Part shown: in pieces, positions 7,839 through 16,050 of the stretch
How the letters are laid out: each line of letters starts with the position of its first letter
Numbering within the stretch: position 1 is the stretch's first letter
Source: Eubacteriales bacterium
Lineage (GTDB): Bacteria > Bacillota > Clostridia > Oscillospirales > CAG-272
Reading direction: 5' to 3'
Length of the DNA stretch: 45,627 bases
NCBI GenBank assembly: GCA_045534435.1
Contig: JAZSJS010000087.1
Span: 1-45,627 of the forward strand
Notes under the pieces: generated by a model
Seen by the model: only the letters and a program-made list of their open reading frames with translations
Told to the model about the DNA's origin: nothing
Database searches by the model: none
Program-made: the position numbers and the translations under genes

Positions 7839-8690
7839 TTATTTCATCGGTCGATAGCAGACCGTTGCCGCATCCTCGTCAAGGATCTGAAGCACAGCCG
7901 GCTGTCGCAACGTTCCGCGCCCATCAAAGCTCCAAACCACCTGCTTTTCGCGGTTCACCTCAAAAAAGTGGATCCCCTCATCGGTGTGTCCGTGCCCCAT
8001 CCAGTTGCCAAGCACCAGATTGCCGTTGGAAAGCAGCTGGATACCCAGCAGCCAACGAATACCCATCTCGGGGACGTCGGCATCGGTCAACGACCAGATC
8101 TCGTTTCCGTCGGGATCCAGCTCGTAGGCTCCGCTCATGCAGGTATACACCAGATTTCCGTTTGGACGCATCACAAGTCCGAATGCATCGGGACGGATGG
8201 CATACTCGCGTTCCACGCCGCCGTCTGCCGAAAAGCGACGGATCAGGTTCAACCCCGGCTGAACGGCATAATAGGAATCTCCGATCTTGCGGACCGCACG
8301 AAGGCTCTCGTGAGGATCGCCCTCGTAAGGAACCGGAATTTCCAAAACCACCTCGCCCGTGGGAGAGATCTCTGCGATGCGAGGAGCGCCAAGCTCACCC
8401 ACCAAAACATTACCGTTCGGAAGGGGTTGGCAGCTGAAGACCTCCTTTTCGGTGCAGTAACACATCGAGCAGCTGCCGTCGGGCTCCAGAATGCTGAAAC
8501 CATCGCTCGGCGCGCCCTCTCCGAAATGTGAATATAAAAGTCTGCCGTCGGGAAGCACAAACAGATCAAAGCAGGCAACAGCCCCTCGGATCTCCCGCAT
8601 GATCTCTCCCGACTCATCAATCCAAAAGATCTTGCATCTCGAGGTATCCACACACACAAAGCGGTGCTTTTTCATGCCCGAAATTTTCAT
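7839..8690 (-). CDS. Beta-propeller repeat protein (function unknown)
   Basis: 283 aa. Repeated ..G(N/R)L(L/V)..-type blades (PDGRLLYS, PNGNVLVG, PNGNLVYT, SNGNLVLGN). RBS gaggtg. Lies 26 nt downstream of the ADH gene. Confidence 0.55.
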   Translation of the reverse strand: MKISGMKKHRFVCVDTSRCKIFWIDESGEIMREIRGAVACFDLFVLPDGRLLYSHFGEGAPSDGFSILEPDGSCSMCYCTEKEVFSCQPLPNGNVLVGELGAPRIAEISPTGEVVLEIPVPYEGDPHESLRAVRKIGDSYYAVQPGLNLIRRFSADGGVEREYAIRPDAFGLVMRPNGNLVYTCMSGAYELDPDGNEIWSLTDADVPEMGIRWLLGIQLLSNGNLVLGNWMGHGHTDEGIHFFEVNREKQVVWSFDGRGTLRQPAVLQILDEDAATVCYRPMK

Positions 8691-8716
8691 ACGTCACACC
8701 TCTTTTGGGAATGGTT

Positions 8717-9922
8717 TTATTTCGCCATGTTCAAGATTTCAAGGATTCCATCCTTGCCGATGGGCGGAATGGAGGGCAGATTTCCGTTTGCATCACATCC
8801 GTGAATCAGAATGTCCTGGGCAATCTCGGGAATTTCTCCGTGCGGAATCCTTGCGGCAGTCAGCGTATGAGGTGCACCGACCTCATCCATGAATTTCACA
8901 ATGAGATCCACCGTGGCAATTGCGGCCTCGCGGTTGCTCTTTCCGTCTCTTGACACACCAAAGATCTTCTCACCCAAAAGCGCAAAGCGTGCCTCGCGCT
9001 CGGGATTAAGCGTGCAGGTATAACGGAAATAAGCATCCATAAAGATCGCCAACGTTACACCGTGAGGGGTGTTGTAGCGTGCGGAAAGCACGTGTCCCAT
9101 CTGATGCATCGGTGTGGGTGCGTCCAGACCTGACTGAATGTAGCCATTCCATGCAAGCGTTGCTGCCCACTGCATATTCGCGCGGTGCTCAACGTTGGAG
9201 GGATCCTTCAGAATCGCGCGAAGCTCGTCCATGATCGTCACCAAAAGGCCCTCGTGCAGACGGTCCTGCAGAGGAGATCTCTGGTCACCGTTCAGATATG
9301 CCTCCAGCACGTGTGACATGGCATCCACCGCGCCGATCACGGTCTGGAAGGTCGGCAGCGAACAGGTCAATGCGGGATCCATGATCGAAATCTTCGGATA
9401 AAGCGTGGGACAATAAATGTATGCCTTTTCCTTTGTGACGTCATTCGTTGCGACCGCGATGCAATTCATCTCGCTGCTGGTCGCGGGAAGCGTGGGGATC
9501 ATGACGGTGGGAAGCGTTTGCGTCGGGGGAACGGCGACCTCGCAGTCATGACGGGAAATAAACATTTTCCAAAGGTCGTGCGGATAAGGAACACCCGCAG
9601 CGATCGCCTTTGTGGAGTCCATCACGCTGCCGCCGCCAACGGCGATGCAGAAATCCACCTTCTCCGCGCGGCAGATCTCAACCGCCTCACGGATGTGACA
9701 AAGCAACGGATTTGCTTGCACACGGTAAAAAGAAACCGTTTCGATTCCGTGCGCCGCAAGGGATGCCTGCACGCGCTCTAGGAGCGGATTCAAAAAGTCG
9801 TGCACCTCATAGGAGACGATCATAGCTTTTTTTCCAAGCTCCTTCACATGATTTCCAACGTCATTGGATTCCCCGTTTCCGAAGATCACGCGCACGGGAT
9901 TGTAAAGTACAAAATTTTTCAT
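8717..9922 (-). CDS. Iron-containing (group III) alcohol dehydrogenase
   Basis: Start at ATG 9922 (RBS ggagga). GGGSVMDSTKAIA NAD-binding motif and His-rich metal-site region (..HVLEAY.. ..HQMGHVLS..HG). Confidence 0.85.
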   Translation of the reverse strand: MKNFVLYNPVRVIFGNGESNDVGNHVKELGKKAMIVSYEVHDFLNPLLERVQASLAAHGIETVSFYRVQANPLLCHIREAVEICRAEKVDFCIAVGGGSVMDSTKAIAAGVPYPHDLWKMFISRHDCEVAVPPTQTLPTVMIPTLPATSSEMNCIAVATNDVTKEKAYIYCPTLYPKISIMDPALTCSLPTFQTVIGAVDAMSHVLEAYLNGDQRSPLQDRLHEGLLVTIMDELRAILKDPSNVEHRANMQWAATLAWNGYIQSGLDAPTPMHQMGHVLSARYNTPHGVTLAIFMDAYFRYTCTLNPEREARFALLGEKIFGVSRDGKSNREAAIATVDLIVKFMDEVGAPHTLTAARIPHGEIPEIAQDILIHGCDANGNLPSIPPIGKDGILEILNMAK

Positions 9923-9966
9923 TGTTTCCTCCATACACTTTCATGCGTTTTTTCGATATTGAAATT

Positions 9967-9995
9967 ATTATACATAATAAAACTATGAAAATCAA
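9967..9995 (-). promoter_or_regulatory. Sigma-A type promoter for the ADH / propeller operon
   Basis: Minus strand TTGATT-17 nt-TATAAT (forward aatcaa 9990-9995, attata 9967-9972). Confidence 0.6.
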
Positions 9996-10052
9996 TAGAG
10001 AATCCTATCAAACATATGGAGCATTCTATTTTTGTCTCCCAAAAGACAAAAA

Positions 10053-10083
10053 AAGGATGCCAAATCCGAGTGGAACGGCATCC
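10053..10083 (-). terminator. Rho-independent terminator after trkH
   Basis: aggatgcc / ggcatcct stem with a 15-nt loop. T-run follows on the minus strand. Confidence 0.6.
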
Positions 10084-10109
10084 TCTTGATTGGTTGGCAA
10101 TTTCCCGCC

Positions 10110-11558
10110 TCAACTCCGCTTCCAAAGGCTCTTGGAAAAGAGCGCAAGGATCGGAAAGATTTCAAGTCTGCCCGCGAGCATATTTGCCGCCAGGATCAGC
10201 TTGGAAAGCGGACTGTAGATCGAAAAATTGCAGGAAGGACCGACGGCATCAAAGCCCGGACCGATATTGTTGAAGCAAGAAAGAACTGCGGAAAAGTTTG
10301 TGGTAATCGAAAAACCGTCGAGCGAGATCAGCAAAAAGCTGACGATGACGATGACAACATAGGAGCAAAGATAGGCGTTGGTTCCCGCCACGACCGCCTC
10401 ATCGACCGGCGTTTTGTTGACGCGGATCACCTGCACCTTTTGCGGGCGAAGCACCTGTGCGATGTTGCGGCGAATACCCTTGAGAACCAAAAGCACGCGT
10501 GCGATCTTAAATCCACCGCCCGTGCTTCCCGCACAGGCACCGAACACCATCAATATCAGCAATATTCCCTTGGAAAAGCTCGGCCACAGATCAAAGTCAC
10601 AGGTCGCAAAGCCCGTGGTGGTCATGATGCTCGAAACCTGAAAGGAAGCATGTCTCAAGGCATCCCAGATCGATGCGTAAAGGCCGCGGATGTTGAGCGT
10701 GATCAGCAAAATGCTACCAAGAACGACACCGATATACAGCCTTAGCTCCTCGTCAGCAAATACCTCACGAAAACGGCGTAACAAAAGCAAATAATAAATG
10801 CTGAAATTCACGCCAAACAGAAGCATGAACACGGTGCAAACGTTTTGAACGTAGGGACTATAGCTCGCTATACTGTCGTTTTTGAGACCAAAGCCACCGG
10901 TTCCCGCCGTGCCAAACGTTGTACACAACGCCTCGAAGGCGGGCATATCGACCACCAAAAACAGGAACGTAATCACGGTGAGTCCCAAATAAGTAAGGTA
11001 CAGCACCGCCGCAGTCTGACGCATCTTCGGAACCAGCTTTCCAACGTCCGGTCCGGGGCTTTCCGCGCGAAGCAGGTGCATGGAGTTTCCGTCGCTGGAT
11101 CCCAGTGGAACGATCGCCAGGAGAAAGACCAGCACACCCATGCCGCCCAGCCAATGGCTGAAGCTTCGCCAATAGAGCACTCCTCGAGAAAGTCCTTCTA
11201 TGTTGGAAACCACCGAGGCTCCCGTGGTCGTAAAGCCCGAGACCATCTCAAATAAGGCGTCCACAAAGCTTGGGATCTCTCCCGAAAGACAGAAAGGCAA
11301 GCAGCCGAATATACTCATCAAAACCCAGCTGAAGCCCACACAAAACAAGCCTTCCTTTGCAAAAAAGCTCTTCGGTGCGCCGCGAGAAAACAAAAACAAA
11401 ATTGCGGCAACCGCCAATGCCAACCCGATGCTGATCAGAAACGCACGCGTGGTCTCCTGCGTTCCGTCGGCAAGACTGATTCCCAAGGCGGGGAGCATAA
11501 ACACCGCCTCGATTGCCAAAATCAGGGAAAGAAGCTTCCCTATCATCTTATAATTCAT
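10110..11558 (-). CDS. trkH: TrkH/KtrB-family potassium uptake membrane subunit
   Basis: 482-aa polytopic protein with repeated pore-loop-like segments (GFTTTGAS, TAGTGGFG, MTTTGFAT, GSTGGGFK), typical of TrkH. Confidence 0.85.
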   Translation of the reverse strand: MNYKMIGKLLSLILAIEAVFMLPALGISLADGTQETTRAFLISIGLALAVAAILFLFSRGAPKSFFAKEGLFCVGFSWVLMSIFGCLPFCLSGEIPSFVDALFEMVSGFTTTGASVVSNIEGLSRGVLYWRSFSHWLGGMGVLVFLLAIVPLGSSDGNSMHLLRAESPGPDVGKLVPKMRQTAAVLYLTYLGLTVITFLFLVVDMPAFEALCTTFGTAGTGGFGLKNDSIASYSPYVQNVCTVFMLLFGVNFSIYYLLLLRRFREVFADEELRLYIGVVLGSILLITLNIRGLYASIWDALRHASFQVSSIMTTTGFATCDFDLWPSFSKGILLILMVFGACAGSTGGGFKIARVLLVLKGIRRNIAQVLRPQKVQVIRVNKTPVDEAVVAGTNAYLCSYVVIVIVSFLLISLDGFSITTNFSAVLSCFNNIGPGFDAVGPSCNFSIYSPLSKLILAANMLAGRLEIFPILALFSKSLWKRS

Positions 11559-11580
11559 GAATGATCAACGCCTTTCGTTA

Positions 11581-12939
11581 TCATGCAAAAATATCATTGA
11601 GCTGAAGAACCACACGCTCACCGCCCGCAACCACGATCACCGAATCTCCGGGAGAGAAGACAGAATCACCGTTGGGGATCTCGGTTTTCGTACCGCGGGA
11701 AATGCCAACCAACAGGATGTTTTCCTTGAGCTTCAGCTTCTTCAGAGGCTCTCCGCAGTGCAGCGTGGTTTCATCCACCAAAAATTCCATCGCCTCTGCC
11801 TGTCCGTCGGCAATCGAGTGGATGGTGACGGCAGCACCCGTCTGATTTTGCATCGCACGCACGTAGCGCACGATCTGATTACAGCAAAGCTGACCCGCAC
11901 AGATCATACTGCCGATCGGCATCTCTCCCGTAATCCCCGAGATCTCGGGGTTATCCAGACGCGTGATGATCTGCGGCACCTCTTGTCTGTGTCCGTAGAG
12001 AGAAATGAGCATGTTCAGCTCGTCCAATCCGGTCAGAGTCACAAGGGCATCCACCGAGGCAATATTTTCACTTTCCAAGAGCGAGCGATCTTTGACGTCG
12101 CCGTGGATGATGCTCGCCTTGGGGAATGCGGCGGCAAGCTCCAGACAGCGCTCCTCATCCCGCTCGATCACCGTAACGTCCATGCGGCTCTCACAAAGCG
12201 CTTCCGCAAGATAATATGCCATCGTGCCTCCGCCCGCGATCATCACGCGGCGCACCTTGTGCGTCACGATTCCGAGATTCTTCAAAAGCGTTGCAAGAGT
12301 ATCGGTCGGAGCGGTCACGAAGAGTCTGTCGCCCTCCTTGAGCATGAACTGGCCGTCGGGCATGATCGCCTTTTCTCCGCGCAAGACCGTGCAGACCAGC
12401 ACGCGGCACTTGACGATGCCGTAGAGTCCGCTCAGAGGCACGTTGCAAAGCTTGCTGTCAGCATCGATACGGACCTCGACGATCTGTACCCTTCCCTTTG
12501 CAAAGCTGTCTCTTTTGCGGAAGCCGGGGAATTTGAGAAGACGTCCGATCTCCTCCGCAGCCAGATGCTCGGGATTGAAGGCCATGGAGAGCGCAAAGGC
12601 ATCGCGCATGTGATATGCCTGCTCGGTATATTCGGGATTACGGATACGCGCGATGGTGTGCAGATGCGGATTGACCGCGTGAGCCGTCACGCAGCAAAGC
12701 AGATTCAATTCATCGCTACCGGTACAGGCAATCAGAAGATCGGCATTCTTCACCCCTGCACGGTCCAAAACCTTCATGGAGGCACAGTTTCCCTGCACGG
12801 CAATCACGTCATAGCGATCCATCCCCGCCTTCAACACCGCGGGATCGGCATCCATCAGCGTCAGGTCGTGTCCCTCGGCAGAAAGCTCTCTCGCCAAGGT
12901 CTCTCCGACCTGTCCGCAGCCCGCAATCAGAATTTTCAC
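11581..12939 (-). CDS. trkA: Trk system NAD-binding regulatory subunit TrkA (two RCK modules)
   Basis: Probable GTG start at 12939 giving VKILIAGCGQVG (Rossmann GxGxxG). A second module starts at RVMIAGGGTMAYYLA. The start codon is uncertain (the tracked ORF begins at 12978). Confidence 0.85.
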   Translation of the reverse strand: MKILIAGCGQVGETLARELSAEGHDLTLMDADPAVLKAGMDRYDVIAVQGNCASMKVLDRAGVKNADLLIACTGSDELNLLCCVTAHAVNPHLHTIARIRNPEYTEQAYHMRDAFALSMAFNPEHLAAEEIGRLLKFPGFRKRDSFAKGRVQIVEVRIDADSKLCNVPLSGLYGIVKCRVLVCTVLRGEKAIMPDGQFMLKEGDRLFVTAPTDTLATLLKNLGIVTHKVRRVMIAGGGTMAYYLAEALCESRMDVTVIERDEERCLELAAAFPKASIIHGDVKDRSLLESENIASVDALVTLTGLDELNMLISLYGHRQEVPQIITRLDNPEISGITGEMPIGSMICAGQLCCNQIVRYVRAMQNQTGAAVTIHSIADGQAEAMEFLVDETTLHCGEPLKKLKLKENILLVGISRGTKTEIPNGDSVFSPGDSVIVVAGGERVVLQLNDIFA

Positions 12940-12994
12940 AAAAGATCCACACCTTTCCAAATACATTCTGTTTTTCACATAATTTATCCATTAT

Positions 12995-13023
12995 ATTATA
13001 GCACAAAAGGATTGGCGTTTCAA
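12995..13023 (-). promoter_or_regulatory. Near-consensus extended -10 promoter for trkA-trkH
   Basis: Minus strand TTGAAA-17 nt-(TGc)TATAAT. The leader to the start codon is only about 50 nt. Confidence 0.65.
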
Positions 13024-13098
13024 GTGGATTCTTTCATTTCATTTCGGGAAAATACGATTTATTTCCTCCTCCGCAAGAAAAAAAGATTCAAAAAAGAT

Positions 13099-13136
13099 AC
13101 CGCCGAAAACGACCAATATCGGTCGCCCTCGGCGGT
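13099..13136 (-). terminator. Rho-independent terminator after the sigma-factor gene
   Basis: accgccga..cgacc-aatatc-ggtcg..tcggcggt compound hairpin. T-run follows on the minus strand. Confidence 0.75.
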
Positions 13137-13144
13137 GCTTTTAT

Positions 13145-14764
13145 TTATTTGGGCAATCGGTCGCAAAACATCAAGAGATTTGCGGCGATCCTTTCATTCT
13201 CCTCAAGAGGACGGAGCGTGCCGTTCTCATACAGAATGTCCATGACCATGAGGGCAACTGCCGATCCGACAAATCCACCTGCGTTCCAATTGACGATAAG
13301 CTCCCGCATTTGCGGAGGATAATCCTTGGCGATCAGCGTTGCCTGTTCAAGTGCATAGTCTGCAAAGCTTCTCTTGGTTGCTTCATCCAGCGTCGGCAGC
13401 TTTGCGAAAAACGCATTTTGATCGCCACGCACGACCATAATATTGACCTTGTTATCACCGGTCAAATATCCGCGCTTTCTCAACCGCTGAAACTTCTCCT
13501 TGTTTGCGGGGACGTCCTCGATCGCGCCGATCATAAACTCATACAGATATTCATAATCCGAGGTGCGATTATTTTCCCAATACCCCTCGCGCGAAGAGTA
13601 GCGTGTGTCAATCGACCAGGAATAAACCGACGGATATTTTTCCGACCATCGGTTCATGTTGCCGCAAGCCCAATAGGGCGGATAGCTTCTTGACGGAACG
13701 TAATCGGGATCGCTCTGTGTTGCGGGAATATTAATAAAAGCAATAAAATCACCGCCTGCCAAGGTCTTGATGCGGTATTTTGAAAGATCCGTTTTGAGCT
13801 CGATCCCACATTTGTTGGTTACGGCCCAGAAGATCGCCGCAGCCTCCAACAGCTCGCGGTTTCCGCCCGGGATATAAACATCCTTAACGTCGGCAATCGC
13901 CGCCCTCACCTGCGGTACGTATTCACGAACCAAAATCTCGGCGATCTCCATTTGCTTTTGCAAGCGCTTGTCTTGCAGCTCAAGAGAATAGGTTTCGCTG
14001 TTGAACTTGACGTAGGTCGTATAGCGATTTCCGGATTGTCTTACCAAAAATCCGTTTGCCTCCAGCTCCTTCACAGTGTCCTCAATATAAACCGGAGTCA
14101 CTCCCAGCTCCTCTGCAATCTCCACCATGGTTTTGGGGGCGTGGTAAACACTGTAAACGATATTGAGATTCAATTTGTTGCCCAGATAATATTCGGGACC
14201 GCCGTTTTTCCCGGGATCTCCACTGTGACCAAAGCTATTCGCCTCGATTGGCTTGATGCCAAGCTTTCCAATTTTTCTTTCCATGATAAAACCCTCCTTC
14301 AGATCGTTTCTGGCTTTGTTGAGATGCCATTTGACTGTTCCCTCGGGAATGCCCGTTTCCTTGGTGATTGCAGAAATAGGCTTGTTTTGGTAATAAAATG
14401 AATAAACGATTTGGCGGCGCGTTTGTGTCAAAAACGCGATCTCACGCCGCAACAAAGCAAGCTCCTCCTCGGGATCCTCCTCCCAAACCGGGGTGTTGTC
14501 GGGGATCTCCATGTCGTCGATCGAAATTCCTTCTCTTCTTTTCTTGGAAGAGACAAATTTCGCATAAACGTGCTCGGAAATCCGCCAAATATATCCGTCC
14601 AAATTCAGGATCTCCTTTTCGGAAAGCAGAGACAAATAGACCTGTGTCACAATGTCGGAGCTCAGCTCCTCCGCCTCCTCATAGGAAAACGCTTTTTTCA
14701 TGGCAAAGCCATAAATTTTTGGCAGATATTGAACGATCAACTCATCTGCTTTCTGTTTATTCAT
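13145..14764 (-). CDS. Sigma-70/ECF-type sigma factor fused to a ~370-aa C-terminal extension (second wHTH plus unknown domain)
   Basis: Start at ATG 14764 (RBS gaggtga). Region 2-like (IVQYLPKIYGFAMKK..DIVTQVYLSL) and region 4-like (ISAITKETGIPEGTVKWHLNKARNDLK) segments lie in the first ~170 aa. A second HTH-like segment follows (TMVEIAEELGVTPVYIEDTVKELEANGFLV), then ~270 aa with no recognised motif. Confidence 0.7.
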   Translation of the reverse strand: MNKQKADELIVQYLPKIYGFAMKKAFSYEEAEELSSDIVTQVYLSLLSEKEILNLDGYIWRISEHVYAKFVSSKKRREGISIDDMEIPDNTPVWEEDPEEELALLRREIAFLTQTRRQIVYSFYYQNKPISAITKETGIPEGTVKWHLNKARNDLKEGFIMERKIGKLGIKPIEANSFGHSGDPGKNGGPEYYLGNKLNLNIVYSVYHAPKTMVEIAEELGVTPVYIEDTVKELEANGFLVRQSGNRYTTYVKFNSETYSLELQDKRLQKQMEIAEILVREYVPQVRAAIADVKDVYIPGGNRELLEAAAIFWAVTNKCGIELKTDLSKYRIKTLAGGDFIAFINIPATQSDPDYVPSRSYPPYWACGNMNRWSEKYPSVYSWSIDTRYSSREGYWENNRTSDYEYLYEFMIGAIEDVPANKEKFQRLRKRGYLTGDNKVNIMVVRGDQNAFFAKLPTLDEATKRSFADYALEQATLIAKDYPPQMRELIVNWNAGGFVGSAVALMVMDILYENGTLRPLEENERIAANLLMFCDRLPK

Positions 14765-14899
14765 CTGATCACCTCGGTACCGTTTGCCCATACAGTGGAA
14801 AGAACTGCAAAAAGGTTGGCGTTTCTTTGAAAAAAAGGAAACAAAAATTTTCAGTTCAACAAATGTTTATATAAAACACTTTCACTTTACTTGTGCTTG

Positions 14900-15607
14900 T
14901 CATTTGTTTTTATTTTTGCGATAAACGGTTGGAAGCATACCGTACGCTTCCTTAAATGCAGAGGCAAACCTGCTCTGGCTTTCATAGCCAACAGCAAGCG
15001 CGATTTGAGCGATGCTCATGCTCCTATCCATTAATAACTCCACAGCCTTCTCCATACGGTGTTGCTTCATATGGGCGGCAAGAGAGGTTCCGTATATTTC
15101 TTTGAAAACTTTTTTTAGTGTAGTAGGATTCATTAAAAATCGCTTTGACAAGTCCTCGATCGTCATTCTTTCCGCCAGATGCTCCAATAAATATTCATGT
15201 ATTCTGTGTATTATTTCTTCGTGCGAACCGTTGTAGTCAACCGTTTTTTGGGGACAAGCAATCTCCATTACTTGCTCCATGGTTTGGTGCAACAATTCAC
15301 ATTCGGCGCTGTCAGATACCTTGTAATATACTTCTTTACCGTCACGCCTGCTTGAAATCAAGCCGCTATCATATAAGGAGCGCAGATGATGGGAAACAGC
15401 GGGACTTGACATATCAAGCAAGGCGGCTATATTGATGACGCATTCTTCTTGATGGCATAAAAGCCAAAATATCTGCAACCGTGTCGTATCACTCAGTTGC
15501 TTGAATATTTCTGACGTAACTGCAAAACGTTCTGTCTGCGATAATTCATTTTTGATGTGCCCGATATTTCTTTCACCGTGTTGGTGAGGCAAGTGAAATT
15601 CGATCAT
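14900..15607 (-). CDS. ArsR/SmtB-type metalloregulator domain fused to an AraC-type HTH domain
   Basis: The N-terminal half carries the ArsR signature (FKQLSDTTRLQIFWLLCHQEECVINIAALLDMSSPAVSHHLRSLYDSGLISSRRDGKEVYYK). The C-terminal half carries the AraC signature (TIEDLSKRFLMNPTTLKKVFKE..SIAQIALAVGYESQSRFASAFKEAYGMLP). His-rich N-terminal arm (HLPHQHGERNIGH). Confidence 0.75.
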   Translation of the reverse strand: MIEFHLPHQHGERNIGHIKNELSQTERFAVTSEIFKQLSDTTRLQIFWLLCHQEECVINIAALLDMSSPAVSHHLRSLYDSGLISSRRDGKEVYYKVSDSAECELLHQTMEQVMEIACPQKTVDYNGSHEEIIHRIHEYLLEHLAERMTIEDLSKRFLMNPTTLKKVFKEIYGTSLAAHMKQHRMEKAVELLMDRSMSIAQIALAVGYESQSRFASAFKEAYGMLPTVYRKNKNK

Positions 15608-15674
15608 ATTTTTCTCCCGATTATTCTTTTTAGAAATTTGCTTCGCCCTATTGGTAGTCTGTTGCTCTAATCCA

Positions 15675-15722
15675 TTGACTTTTTGATGATTTTATTATAT
15701 CATAAAAATAACGATTAAGCAA
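15675..15722. promoter_or_regulatory. Overlapping divergent promoters plus AT-rich inverted repeats (candidate operator)
   Basis: Plus strand TTGACT(15675)-17 nt-TATCAT(15698-15703). Minus strand TTGCTT(15717-15722)-17 nt-(TGa)TATAAT(15694-15699). Inverted repeat ATGAT..ATCAT (15686-15690 / 15699-15703) and an ATTTTAT / ATAAAAa pair span both -10 boxes. Confidence 0.55.
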
Positions 15723-15761
15723 CGGTTTAATCAAAAAATTGGAATAGGAAGGTGTTGCATT

Positions 15762-15980
15762 ATGAAGAAAACCTACAAAATTGAAGTTGACTGCGCACAT
15801 TGCGCCAATCTGATGGAGGAGGCAGTCAAGAAGGTTAACGGCGTTGCTTCCGCAGTTGTGAACTTTATGACGCAGAAGATGATCGTTGAGTTTGAGGAGG
15901 GTCAGGATGCAACCGTTGTGATGCAGAGTGTTCTGAAGGCTTGCAAAAAGATTGAACCTGATTGCGAAATCGAGCTGTAA
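15762..15980 (+). CDS. Stand-alone heavy-metal-associated (HMA) domain protein / metallochaperone
   Basis: 72 aa with the ferredoxin-like HMA pattern and a CxxC motif (VDCAHCANLMEEAV). RBS aggaaggtg. Confidence 0.8.
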   Translation: MKKTYKIEVDCAHCANLMEEAVKKVNGVASAVVNFMTQKMIVEFEEGQDATVVMQSVLKACKKIEPDCEIEL

Positions 15981-16050
15981 TGTTACAGAGAAATTGCACC
16001 TCGTTTCGCTACAAGTATAAATGGAGTGTAATGAAAGGGAGAGCCATTCT

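Noticed and set aside
12940-13023. Possible c-di-AMP (ydaO/kimA-type) riboswitch upstream of trkA-trkH.
   Set aside because: The near-consensus promoter leaves only about 50 nt of leader. This is too short for that riboswitch, and no conserved ACGGGGA/CCCA-type elements were seen.
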